Below, piece by piece: positions 45,022-54,641 of a stretch of 64,000 nucleotides of DNA. The stretch lies in the UHGV virus genome UHGV-0072281; one strand, written 5' to 3'. The notes under the pieces were generated by a model. The model saw nothing but the letters and a program-made list of their open reading frames with translations. It searched no databases and was not told the DNA's origin. This DNA comes from a virus. Every line of letters begins with the position of its first letter. The stretch's first letter is position 1. A program made the translations under genes and the position numbers.

Positions 45022-46797
45022 GTGTTTAAAGATGCAATCAGAAAGCTTAAAGAGGATGGCAAAATAGTACCCTTTAACCGAGCGATTGCGGAAGGTGTCG
45101 GTTATACCCAGGCCAAAGATGGTATACACGAACGTGTTCAGATTATCTTGAAACGTGAGCTGGATTATCATCCTGTTGATAATCCGCGTGTTCCTGAAGG
45201 GCTGGCTGTATTAGGTGTACGGTTAATGTCGCCGTTTGAAACGTTCATCTATAAGCTGTCTCGTTCTGAGAGCAGCAGAATGGATAGACGCCGTGGTGTG
45301 ATGTCCATTGCGAACACCGATGCGTATATGGTCATGTCAACATTCCGTATTCCAGGAGATTCTCGACCGATCTCAAGACCGATTAACTTACCCTTTATCC
45401 GTCGTGGTGGTTTAATGAACTATTACGGTACGACGTATCACGTTGCGCCGGTTATTCACCAGCCAGGTATCTGTCGCGAACACGGTGGGGTATTTGTTAA
45501 CTTTGACTTTAAACGTAAAGCCTCGTTGAAATTCTGTAAGCAACCTGTCCGTGTGTTAGTCAACGGTAAAAAAGAGGAGCTATTCTTACCAGGAACCAAA
45601 AACCTGTTCAAAGCGAAGAACGCAACACATCCCGATACTGACGAGAAACCGTTAATGTATTGGTTGTTCGGACGTTACGGATTTAAAGAAGCGATTAAAC
45701 GCTATACTGGTGTTGACGTAGAAATTTATCCATCGTTTAAGATCCCAGAACTCGATCTCAACGAGAAAGTTGTAATCAGTTCCGGTGAATCGAAATATAA
45801 CCGTTCGATAATGTACGCGGTTGTCGTACCCGCAGAAGCATTGCCGAACGTGGATAAAGTCGGTTGGGATCAAAACGAGCATTTATTGCTGGCTGCAATT
45901 GCTGCGTTCTTCAAAGCTGCTCACTACTATTGCAGTAAACAATCTATTAAGAACGGTAACGTCACACCGCTGCCGCCGCTGTTTACCGCAATTAACGAGT
46001 TAGCGATGGAAGACGATATTGCTAATCTGAACTCTGCTCCGATTTGGCGTGAGATTCTGGGAAGAAGTATCGTAGGACTGAAACCTTCCGATATTGAGTT
46101 AGCGCACAGTATGGCGAAACACTATACTGAATGTGATCGCTATGTTAACTCAACGTTCCGTGCAGAACTGAAGATGACCGATCCCGACATTCCAGACGAT
46201 ATGGATATGTTTGATTTCTTCTGGTATGCAACGAAACTGATGGTACGTACCCGTTTGACCAAACAGGGCGACATTCCGTCGATGTACGGAAAACGTTTAA
46301 CCGTAACTGACTACTTACTGTTAGGTGACCGTGGGTTTACACCAACGGTAGCGGCTATTCGTTTCCAGCTGGGACAAACGGAGAACCGTTCGCCGGAATC
46401 CTGCGCGAATATGATTCGTAGCGCACTCAATAAAGAAATTGTCACGAGTCTGGTACTGCGTAATATCACCGGTAATGGCGGTGTAAGTTATTTTAACGCA
46501 TCAACAGAATCCATGGTGTTAGGAGTATCCACACACGCGATCAGTCAAACTGAAACGGAATCTAAACGCAACAGCAAGGGCGGTAAAACGGTTAACCTTA
46601 ACGACCGTACGAAACACGCTTCTGCATCGCATCTGGAGTGTGGTAACGTTTATTATATTCCGAAATCATCCCCGTTCAAATGGGGTGTCCTTAACCCGTA
46701 TATGAAAACTAACCGTCAGTTAGTGATGGTTCGTAATCCAAAACTTGACGAGTTAATTCAAGCAACTGAAGAAGACATTGCGAAGATTGGCCGTTAA
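45022..46797 (+). CDS. RNA polymerase beta-subunit-like protein, N-terminal portion
   Basis: By eye, PFIRRGGLMNYYGTTYHVAPVIHQPGICREHGGVFVNFDFKRK...LMYWLFGRYGF aligns with E. coli beta [23 protein letters not shown]...GSWLDFEFDPKD...IILRALNY. The GTG start is preceded by TAAGGAG. Confidence 0.55.
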   Translation: MFKDAIRKLKEDGKIVPFNRAIAEGVGYTQAKDGIHERVQIILKRELDYHPVDNPRVPEGLAVLGVRLMSPFETFIYKLSRSESSRMDRRRGVMSIANTDAYMVMSTFRIPGDSRPISRPINLPFIRRGGLMNYYGTTYHVAPVIHQPGICREHGGVFVNFDFKRKASLKFCKQPVRVLVNGKKEELFLPGTKNLFKAKNATHPDTDEKPLMYWLFGRYGFKEAIKRYTGVDVEIYPSFKIPELDLNEKVVISSGESKYNRSIMYAVVVPAEALPNVDKVGWDQNEHLLLAAIAAFFKAAHYYCSKQSIKNGNVTPLPPLFTAINELAMEDDIANLNSAPIWREILGRSIVGLKPSDIELAHSMAKHYTECDRYVNSTFRAELKMTDPDIPDDMDMFDFFWYATKLMVRTRLTKQGDIPSMYGKRLTVTDYLLLGDRGFTPTVAAIRFQLGQTENRSPESCANMIRSALNKEIVTSLVLRNITGNGGVSYFNASTESMVLGVSTHAISQTETESKRNSKGGKTVNLNDRTKHASASHLECGNVYYIPKSSPFKWGVLNPYMKTNRQLVMVRNPKLDELIQATEEDIAKIGR

Positions 46798-46836
46798 CCA
46801 CGAAAGACGTATTAAGACCTATTAGGAGAATTAAGA

Positions 46837-48447
46837 ATGGCAAGCTACAGCGAAACTCGTGAATTTATCTTGAAAGTTGTAATGGCTAAACAGGATCAGC
46901 TGTTGAACTATCTCGTCGATGCGATGAATGCGAAAGGGATAAAAGAAGATCCGTTTGTTAATGCAGCGTGCATTGTAGGTAACTGGTATCTGCAAAACCG
47001 TCGTCCTAACGACCAGACTAACGTTGCGGTTATCGAAACCTTTAAGGCAACGCTGTATAGCCGTCTGTTAGGTTTAGGCCTGACGCCGTTGCAGCCGGAC
47101 ATTCATAGCGCGTTAGAGAAAGCGTTTGTGCTGGCGAATCAACTTGCAGAAGAAGCTCGTCGTGCCGGGCAGGGTGGATTCGGTGTACGTACTGAACCAG
47201 TTAACTTCGGTATTCAGAATTCACAGAATGCGCAACCAACCGCACCGATTCAGGGTTCTTCTGTACCAATGGCCAGCTATACTCCGGCAGGTGTAACAGT
47301 GCAACCTGTACAACCCGCTCCGGTATTCGGCGGTACTCCGCAACCTCAACCTCAGCCGCAATCGCAGCCTGCTATTATTCAGCCGGCTGTTCCGCAGGAA
47401 GTGATGAACAAAAGCAAGCCTGTGGATATGAATAAGGAAACGATGGATGATATCATTCAACGTGCTAACCGTCCTCACCATGACATTTTGCGGGTAGAAA
47501 TTGTGGAAGACTATTTAGATCACGAGCTGAAAGAAAAGATTCAGCAAAACGTTGTTTCGCCGAAAGAAGCTAACACACGCGTCAAGAATTCTGTGTATGC
47601 AGAACATCGTGACTGGGGTGATAAGGTTAGTGAACTGGTTGAAGATAACGACAAACAATATTGCTCGTATGACGATGCGGGTATCATGGTGAAAGTCGAA
47701 AGCGAATATCGTCTGTATCCGATGGCACAGACTGAAACTTCTGCGGTGTATCTCCAGGAGTTTTATAGTTCGGTTCGCCAGATTATCGACGATCTCGATA
47801 CCGTACGTGATATTGACGATATTGAAAAGCTGATGGAGCGTGTTTCTAATGACGTCTTCAGACTGCGTGACCTTGCACAACGTTTGTTAATGTACTTCCT
47901 CACCAAATCTGATGAGAATGAAACGTATCGTAGCGAATGTTCAATGTTTACTCGTCGTTTCGTTGCAACATTAACCGTGCTGGTTCACAACGCTATCTCC
48001 GTGGCATCTGCTTACGGTAAAGACGTTCCGGGTACGAAATTCGTACAATTGGAATGCTGCCTGGATGACATGACCTACTTTAAAGAGACAGTGTATGGTC
48101 GTACCATCGGTGAAAACGGCGTGAGCAAGTCTGCGGATTATTTCCGTGAAATGTTCCTGCTAATCGCACGTTCTCTGCGTAAGCTGCACATTCGTCTGAC
48201 CTGCGATAATAAAGCCATTGAACTGTCTCAGGTAACGTACACGATTTCTCTGCAAGCAGATTATCAATCCGCTAACGATCGTCATATCGTGGAAATCTCT
48301 TCGTTTGGTAATAGCTTCGAACCGATTGTTTCAATCTACGAAGTCATTAACCAGAAAGCACCAGAAGCGTTCATTAAACTTAAGACCCCGTCTCACGTTT
48401 ATTCGCTACTGAGCACAGGTGACGTTACTGCACCGGTTCGTTATTAA
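46837..48447 (+). CDS. hypothetical protein (536 aa) with a Pro/Gln-rich linker
   Basis: ORF with TAGGAGAA upstream. It contains a PQPQPQPQSQP low-complexity segment. Confidence 0.75.
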   Translation: MASYSETREFILKVVMAKQDQLLNYLVDAMNAKGIKEDPFVNAACIVGNWYLQNRRPNDQTNVAVIETFKATLYSRLLGLGLTPLQPDIHSALEKAFVLANQLAEEARRAGQGGFGVRTEPVNFGIQNSQNAQPTAPIQGSSVPMASYTPAGVTVQPVQPAPVFGGTPQPQPQPQSQPAIIQPAVPQEVMNKSKPVDMNKETMDDIIQRANRPHHDILRVEIVEDYLDHELKEKIQQNVVSPKEANTRVKNSVYAEHRDWGDKVSELVEDNDKQYCSYDDAGIMVKVESEYRLYPMAQTETSAVYLQEFYSSVRQIIDDLDTVRDIDDIEKLMERVSNDVFRLRDLAQRLLMYFLTKSDENETYRSECSMFTRRFVATLTVLVHNAISVASAYGKDVPGTKFVQLECCLDDMTYFKETVYGRTIGENGVSKSADYFREMFLLIARSLRKLHIRLTCDNKAIELSQVTYTISLQADYQSANDRHIVEISSFGNSFEPIVSIYEVINQKAPEAFIKLKTPSHVYSLLSTGDVTAPVRY

Positions 48448-48455
48448 GTTTGGAT

Positions 48456-48480
48456 TGGGGGTGGAAACATCCCCATTTTT
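48456..48480 (+). terminator. intrinsic terminator
   Basis: tgggggtg-gaaa-catcccca hairpin followed by ttttt. Confidence 0.65.
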
Positions 48481-48491
48481 AAGGAGTGCGT

Positions 48492-48740
48492 ATGGCCGCT
48501 TATGTTGATTACAGTAAAGCCAAGATAGAGCTAAACGTAATTGATACCGTAGAGCGTTTAAAGCAACAACTTTCTTTGGAGTTATATCAACTTCGCGTCC
48601 GTATTCACGAGCGTGAACAACTTATTGAGAAACATCCATTATTTATCGACGAGAAGCAGGTAAAACTTATCACTGCGGAGTTAGAAGTTATGGCCGCAGA
48701 GAAACTGTTACTCGAAGAACGCATCGCTGCTATTGGTTAA
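48492..48740 (+). CDS. small coiled-coil protein (about 82 aa)
   Basis: ATG 48492 is preceded by AAGGAG at 5 nt. The track start GTG 48486 overlaps the SD. Confidence 0.65.
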   Translation: MAAYVDYSKAKIELNVIDTVERLKQQLSLELYQLRVRIHEREQLIEKHPLFIDEKQVKLITAELEVMAAEKLLLEERIAAIG

Positions 48741-48750
48741 TCATCACACA

Positions 48751-48785
48751 AGGAGAGCCGAAGCTCTCCTCCTTTATTTTTATTC
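48751..48785 (+). terminator. intrinsic terminator
   Basis: aggagagc-cgaa-gctctcct hairpin followed by cctttattttt. Confidence 0.75.
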
Positions 48786-48828
48786 CCCAATTTATTATAG
48801 CCGCCCACTATAGTGAGGGAATGAGGAA

Positions 48829-49134
48829 ATGATTAAATATGTTGTTATTAATGTAAACTACGAACGTAGTCCACGTTTTCGCTTCGAATTACCTGAAACC
48901 AATGCAACCATGGAGTTTAATCGCTACTTTTTAGAGCATTCAAACACCAAAGTCAATCGCGGTAGATACTAGCTTATCTACTATAATGCACGTAATGAGT
49001 TACTGAAAGCCGTCAAGAAATCAGGTCAGCAAGAATTGTTAGCGAAACTGATGGCGTTTGATAACGATCCTTTAGCAATAGGAATTATGTTAGACCTTGT
49101 TATCAATAAAGACGAAATAGCGTGGTCCGAATAA
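48829..49134 (+). pseudogene. 101-codon gene interrupted by a single in-frame TAG at 48970-48972
   Basis: An ATG with GAGGG 9 nt upstream opens 47 codons, then TAG, then 54 further open codons in the same frame ending in TAA. Terminators flank both sides. Neither half is in the ORF track. Confidence 0.5.
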
Positions 49135-49139
49135 AAAAG

Positions 49140-49188
49140 CTACTCCGACCCCAGAAGGGTCGGAGTAGGCTCGAATTATTTTTTTTTT
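49140..49188. terminator. bidirectional intrinsic terminator
   Basis: ctactccgaccc-cagaa-gggtcggagtag hairpin followed by a run of 10 T, between convergent genes. Confidence 0.85.
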
Positions 49189-49193
49189 GCTAT

Positions 49194-51911
49194 TTAGAGA
49201 GTTTCATCGCTGTTGTCATCTGCACCGGTATCCGTCTCGTCCGTGCCTTCAGTTGAAACGTCTTCTTCCGTTGCCGTATCGGTTTCCGTCGTTTCATCGT
49301 CAGTCATGTCCAAGTCTTCATCACCGCCCAGATCGTCACCACCTAAGTCCTCATCGCCTCCTAAGCCGCCGTCATCTTCAGTGCCGCCGCCAAAGTCGCT
49401 GCTACCGCCGAAGTTATTGGCGTCTTCAGGATTCAGATCAGCCGCTTTTGCTAACGTTTCAACTTTCCCTGTTACACGTTTTGCCAACTGAATCAGTGTC
49501 TTAGATGCAGACGCAATTTCGTCAGAGATCATCTTAACGTTTTCACCGCGTTTCTCTTCATCGTAAATCAGGTCGAACATATCGTTCTCAATACCCTGAC
49601 TACGTAACCAGTGGCGCGCGTAGAAGGTCTTAACCATCGTCTTGAGGTCATCAGGTGACATTTCAATACCTTCGTTCTGAAGCATATTAGCAATGTCATC
49701 CGTGACCACCAGATCTGCAAGTTTCTCGATAAATTCATAGCGTTTATCGAAGAGATCAGCTTGAGATGCTGTTGCAGAAGTATCAGGTGGTGGCAAGGTG
49801 ACCTTCATACCGTTGATAAACTTCGCCATATACTCTGACGTTTGTTTTGTCATCTCTTCGCTAGATACATTCGGATTCTGCTCACGGATATACTCAACGA
49901 TAATACGGATGAGTTCTGCTTGCAGTTTCGGTGAAGCTTGCAGACTGTTTGTAACGTAGCGCGTAAGCGGGGTTGAGAGGATTTCCTGTTTCTTCACAAT
50001 CTGTTGAGTAACCAACAGCGATTTAGAATAAATCTGAGAAGCAAACTCCAGGTTCTCCGGGGTAAGTACAAGGTCAGGATCAACACACGCGATGTGACAT
50101 GTACGGCGTAACAGGTTCTCGTCAATTTGTTGATCAGGAACTTTATACTCCGGCGTGGTATCAGACACAGACACTTTGTGGCTGGCGTAGTAATCGTTAC
50201 CCGTTACGTTAAAGGCAATCCCCGCGTTAGCTCCCATTGCCCAAGCATCGTTAATATCCCCCCACATCGGTAAACGACGGTTGTAGGAGTTAAGGATATC
50301 TGATTTGGCTTGGTCGACAGTTTTTTGACCGTTTGCATCGTCCGGTGACAGCTCAATGTCGTACTGCATGTGACGTGCCGAGTTTAGTACAGATGAGTTC
50401 ATTGTCGCAAACAGCAGTGCCATCCTGACGGTGGAGATGATAAAAGAGCGTTCAGTGATAGAAACCCCGATACCATCTTCGTTAAAATCCGTTGCAAAAT
50501 AGCATAGGTTATTAACCGGAATGTAAACCACTTGAGTATGACGTTTTGCGAGATGACGCGCTAACAGAATACGGCCGAATGTTTCGGTAATATTCATGCT
50601 GATTTCTGCGCCACCTAGTGCCTGACTTAATGCGCGAGCAAATTCGTTTTCAGCGATTTCACCGCAACGTGTACTTAAACGGTTGGCGATTTCCGGGGTA
50701 ATGCGAGAAGTGTTCCCTAAGCCCAGATTAGAACGGTTAATGATGCTGTCCGTCATCCCGTCGTTATTCAGGTAGTTCATAAAGTTCGCATCGCCGTACA
50801 GCGAGGAGCGAGCATTGATGAAGTTACCCATGTCATCTACGATGGTCAGATAACCAATAGGGTTACGAACGTCATCGCCAATTACCAGTGGCAGCGTTGA
50901 CTCTGCGGGCAGTAAACGTTCGATGTATTCGATTTTGTTATTCTCATCCATTGAGATAATAGGAATATCACCGTACGTTTGTGTTTTCGGTGTTGACTTA
51001 TACGCCTCGTTTAAATCACCCAAGTTAATGAACCCTTTTTCAGCAGCGTCACGCTGACGGTCATCGAAAGATTGGTTAGGGTCGAACGGACTGCCACCGT
51101 TTGGTGTAGACGGCTTTTCATATGCGGCTTGCTCTAATTGCCCGTACAAACCCGTACGTGCGTTCTCATGCGCGATACGACGATACAAATCCGGCAGCAT
51201 GGTAATGCGCGGGTTATCGGTAATCGTGATTTCCATCTGGAATTTATCCGAGAACATCGAATCGTGCTTACCGAAATCGATTTTCAACGTCTGAGGACCA
51301 GTAACGGCTCCGTGTAAACGGTTGAGAATTGATTCCACACCAACTCGCTGCCCTTCTTTCGGCGCATTAATAGGCCCGAGAATACCAAGCTGTTGTTCGA
51401 AGAACGCCGTTTGGGAACGACGAATAGATTCAGTAGCGACCTTTGTATTCAGACCGAATAATTGGTCGAAGCCGGTATCCGAGATTATCATCACTGGACT
51501 TGCGCCTTTGGTTTTTAACGCATCGTAAATCCACTGATATAATTTCTTAGGTAGCTGACGAATGTTATCGTGATAATCACGGGTCGGTGTCAGTAGCGCG
51601 TTACGCAGATCAATGGGGATGTCCGCGAAGTTGTCGTAAATCAACGTCGTGTTGATTAAGTCTTTTGTTGATAACAGGCTCGAAGTTGCAATAGTAACGA
51701 TTGTTTCGAGTTCAGGTAACGCATCAAAGATACGTTCCGCATTTTTGATAGTACGAATACGTGAACTCGCAATTGCCGTGAGTTCTTGACGTGTTGGCGT
51801 AGAACCACCCTCGCTACGCGTACCGCGTTGTTGCTGAGGTGCTGGGCCCGTAGTTTTACGAAGAATTGCAGCTACGGCGGGGTCGCCCGTTAATTTACTA
51901 ATATCGTCCAT
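49194..51911 (-). CDS. large protein (905 aa) with a highly acidic repetitive C-terminal tail; possibly the portal protein
   Basis: Long ORF a few genes from the putative capsid gene, of a size plausible for a jumbo-phage portal. The tail reads GGDEDLGGDDLGGDEDLDMTDDETTETDTATEEDVSTEGTDETDTGADDNSDETL. The portal call is positional only. Confidence 0.75.
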   Translation of the reverse strand: MDDISKLTGDPAVAAILRKTTGPAPQQQRGTRSEGGSTPTRQELTAIASSRIRTIKNAERIFDALPELETIVTIATSSLLSTKDLINTTLIYDNFADIPIDLRNALLTPTRDYHDNIRQLPKKLYQWIYDALKTKGASPVMIISDTGFDQLFGLNTKVATESIRRSQTAFFEQQLGILGPINAPKEGQRVGVESILNRLHGAVTGPQTLKIDFGKHDSMFSDKFQMEITITDNPRITMLPDLYRRIAHENARTGLYGQLEQAAYEKPSTPNGGSPFDPNQSFDDRQRDAAEKGFINLGDLNEAYKSTPKTQTYGDIPIISMDENNKIEYIERLLPAESTLPLVIGDDVRNPIGYLTIVDDMGNFINARSSLYGDANFMNYLNNDGMTDSIINRSNLGLGNTSRITPEIANRLSTRCGEIAENEFARALSQALGGAEISMNITETFGRILLARHLAKRHTQVVYIPVNNLCYFATDFNEDGIGVSITERSFIISTVRMALLFATMNSSVLNSARHMQYDIELSPDDANGQKTVDQAKSDILNSYNRRLPMWGDINDAWAMGANAGIAFNVTGNDYYASHKVSVSDTTPEYKVPDQQIDENLLRRTCHIACVDPDLVLTPENLEFASQIYSKSLLVTQQIVKKQEILSTPLTRYVTNSLQASPKLQAELIRIIVEYIREQNPNVSSEEMTKQTSEYMAKFINGMKVTLPPPDTSATASQADLFDKRYEFIEKLADLVVTDDIANMLQNEGIEMSPDDLKTMVKTFYARHWLRSQGIENDMFDLIYDEEKRGENVKMISDEIASASKTLIQLAKRVTGKVETLAKAADLNPEDANNFGGSSDFGGGTEDDGGLGGDEDLGGDDLGGDEDLDMTDDETTETDTATEEDVSTEGTDETDTGADDNSDETL

Positions 51912-51922
51912 TGGGGTCTCCG

Positions 51923-54106
51923 ATGCAGAGATTTAACATATTTCGTGAACAGAACATCGCGTTGGCGAAATCACTGATTATTAAATCAGAATCAATCGCA
52001 CAACAGATGAATCTGGCAATAACCGAGAACGGCGGTTTCGTTTCCGATAACCGAAGTACGTGGCGATACTACCTGCATTTAGCAGGACAACGTCACGAAT
52101 GGGATAAGCCCATTTACATAACGTCGCTCGACACGCAAGAGCAGATAGAATTAACGACAGCCAACCTGTCCCGTCATAAAAAGACCTCAAACGTATTTCG
52201 TTCGAACGGTGAGTACATTGAGGAGCTGATCAGAACGTATCCTGACTACGCGATTTATATCCGAGGTGTGTTTAATCCGGTGGATATAAACTACGCCATC
52301 CGTGTGGCTGATTGTTCTATTCTCTATTACGACAGTTCATTAGTGGAGTCGCAAGAGACGTCACTGATGTCGAGATTGGAAGACAGAATAAGGGCAGCTC
52401 ACGTTCGCTATATGTCAGAAGGGTGGAAAGTTCACAACGATGCGTTCGTGTTAGCATTCTACTGTATTCTGTATCCGCAGCTACCCGGCATTATCGGCTA
52501 TATCCGTTCTTCTTTACAGCATACCACGGAAACACACTCGTTTTACGTGACAGAGTTCTTAGCATCACACCAAGAACTTCACGAGTTTATGCCGTATCTG
52601 ACCCAGAAACAGAAATTCATTCTTTATCGGAACATTCGTTACTGGGAACGTAACTCGGGGAAAGAGGAGATTTTCGACTGGCAGATTGATGCATTGCTGA
52701 CAGGTTGGGGGATGCCTGCGGTTGGGTATAATGTTGCACAACAGATACACGAACCGAAGGATGATGATGACTCCACGTTAACACCGTTACCGATCGGTTA
52801 TCAGCAATCGCTTAACTATACGGAAAAGGATTCTGGTCGAGACCTTGACATTGTAACGACGACAGACATTATCCAGAAGGAAGTCGCGTTAGCGTACAAT
52901 AACCCGGCGTACGAACCGGAGTATCAGGAAGACTTAGATACCCGTTTAAGTTTAACGCAATACCCTAACCTGAAAACCAAACTCATTGAAGTTACAGCAG
53001 TCGACCCAGAAGCGATTGAGCGCTTCGAGTATCTGCATAACCTCTTTAACGAATGGGTACATCTCGTCGCGAAAGGGAAATACAACATTTACCACGAGAT
53101 TCTTAACCCAACAAACGGGGATACCTTAAAGCTTAGCTCAAAAGAGTTATTGGCGCTGTTCTTATACGCGGCGTATAAAGGGTATTCTGACGTTGCGTTA
53201 GAAGAGATTCCTGCGTTCAACGTATTCGGGGTGTTAATCAAACGTTGGGTTTCGTTCGACGAAATGGAACAACATTTAATCCCGAGCTGGGAAAACCGTT
53301 TCGAAGCGTTGATTAACTATTATACCGATACACACACAGAAGTCGTCGGAACGATTCTTAGTGCTGATGAACTCTACGACACGGTTAATGAAATCATTAC
53401 CCAGAAACGTCGTCGTTGGCGTTATAGTCAAAACCGTCGGAAGATTCCTGACCGTGCTGCGGGCTTGATGCTGTTTAACTACCATTACCGTGATTATCGC
53501 TGCGATTTAAAACTGAACTACCGTAACTACGATGAGTTCTTTAAAACGTTCGGGTTAGATTATACATTGGTTTCGGCGGAGACGTGGCAAGACATTGCTA
53601 TTGATGCGTTTAACACCGCGACTAACCTGGAAACCCGTGCAACGATTTCACAGTCTGAGATTCAGCGTGCAATGGTACGATTGATGACGAAGTTGTCATC
53701 CTACACCGTACATTTTGCTGCGCGAATGGGGTCAGATTCTTACGACGTTATGGACCCGCTCTGTCCCATCTTAGGGGATATCCCTATGAGTGGGGAGGGG
53801 ACAATTACAATTATTGAACCCCTCTTAGGCGTACAGCAAGTTACGCGTCACCAGTATATATCCACCGACACTGTGTTACCGGCAGCGCCTGTTATTAAAG
53901 AACTGTCGATGCCGCAGCACATCAAACTCAGGATGAACATTTACATGGGCATCCGAGTGAAAGTAACACAGCAGGTTGTGGTGGATATTAACGAGCCGAC
54001 TACCGGGGTTGTTAAAGTGAAATCTTCGCTTGACGATTGGACGTTAAACGAACAGGTGAAAATTAACGATCTTGACGGCTTCACGCTTGACCAGCTACCT
54101 AAGTGA
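51923..54106 (+). CDS. hypothetical protein (about 727 aa)
   Basis: ATG 51923 (MQRFNIF) is preferred over the track start TTG 51911, which abuts the divergent gene start. Confidence 0.75.
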   Translation: MQRFNIFREQNIALAKSLIIKSESIAQQMNLAITENGGFVSDNRSTWRYYLHLAGQRHEWDKPIYITSLDTQEQIELTTANLSRHKKTSNVFRSNGEYIEELIRTYPDYAIYIRGVFNPVDINYAIRVADCSILYYDSSLVESQETSLMSRLEDRIRAAHVRYMSEGWKVHNDAFVLAFYCILYPQLPGIIGYIRSSLQHTTETHSFYVTEFLASHQELHEFMPYLTQKQKFILYRNIRYWERNSGKEEIFDWQIDALLTGWGMPAVGYNVAQQIHEPKDDDDSTLTPLPIGYQQSLNYTEKDSGRDLDIVTTTDIIQKEVALAYNNPAYEPEYQEDLDTRLSLTQYPNLKTKLIEVTAVDPEAIERFEYLHNLFNEWVHLVAKGKYNIYHEILNPTNGDTLKLSSKELLALFLYAAYKGYSDVALEEIPAFNVFGVLIKRWVSFDEMEQHLIPSWENRFEALINYYTDTHTEVVGTILSADELYDTVNEIITQKRRRWRYSQNRRKIPDRAAGLMLFNYHYRDYRCDLKLNYRNYDEFFKTFGLDYTLVSAETWQDIAIDAFNTATNLETRATISQSEIQRAMVRLMTKLSSYTVHFAARMGSDSYDVMDPLCPILGDIPMSGEGTITIIEPLLGVQQVTRHQYISTDTVLPAAPVIKELSMPQHIKLRMNIYMGIRVKVTQQVVVDINEPTTGVVKVKSSLDDWTLNEQVKINDLDGFTLDQLPK

Positions 54107-54113
54107 GAAAACC

Positions 54114-54641
54114 ATGGCATATCGCGTCGACTTAACGAAAACTCCGAAACAAATTCTGGTAGATCGTATTAACTACGTTTTCGGGGTATCCTATACCACT
54201 GACAACATCGATTTTAACGATAAAGGTGTGCAACCACTGACGAAAGACGAAGCCCGTCGTTATGGACTGGAATCGAAAGTGGCCGCTGACTTTAAAAACG
54301 GTGTTGCGGGGAACCAGGAATTCATCTTAACCCGTGTTGACCTGGCAGCGTTCTTAGCTGACGAACCGGTTACGGTACCGAAAGGCGAAGTAACCAGCAG
54401 CCAAGAACTGGCAGACTATATCGTTGCTCAGACCGGTATTGATTTGACCAAAGACGACATTATGATCGAGCCTATCAGTGAGGAACTCGATTCTTATGAT
54501 GTTCGCTTAGTCCCGAATCACTTATCTTTTAAAGGAACGATTCCGGTCGTATTTACTGACCCCACACCACGTACGTTGGCGTCTCTCGTGACGAAACTTG
54601 CGCTGGACGGGTTCCGCCCTGGAGAATTAATCAATGTCTAA
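54114..54641 (+). CDS. hypothetical protein (about 175 aa)
   Basis: ATG 54114 (MAYRVDL) lies just after the previous stop. The track start at 54072 would overlap the upstream gene. Confidence 0.7.
   Translation: MAYRVDLTKTPKQILVDRINYVFGVSYTTDNIDFNDKGVQPLTKDEARRYGLESKVAADFKNGVAGNQEFILTRVDLAAFLADEPVTVPKGEVTSSQELADYIVAQTGIDLTKDDIMIEPISEELDSYDVRLVPNHLSFKGTIPVVFTDPTPRTLASLVTKLALDGFRPGELINV

Noticed and set aside
48806-48813. CACTATAG within gccgcccactatagtgaggga, resembling the core of a T7-type promoter
   Set aside because: Only 8 nt match, and the upstream TAATACGACT part is absent. This phage appears to use multisubunit RNAPs rather than a T7-like single-subunit enzyme, so the match is most likely chance.
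48970-48972. Genome-wide reassignment of TAG as a sense codon
   Set aside because: TAG ends several otherwise well-delimited ORFs that are followed directly by the next gene or a terminator (31575-31577, 56163-56165, 58852-58854 and 62556-62558). This in-frame TAG is therefore a local event.
49187-49504. Plus-strand Pro/Ser-rich ORFs (105 and 92 aa) at the 3' end of the 905-aa minus-strand gene
   Set aside because: They are antisense readings of the acidic GGDEDL/TDE repeat region. They begin in the terminator T-run and have no SD.
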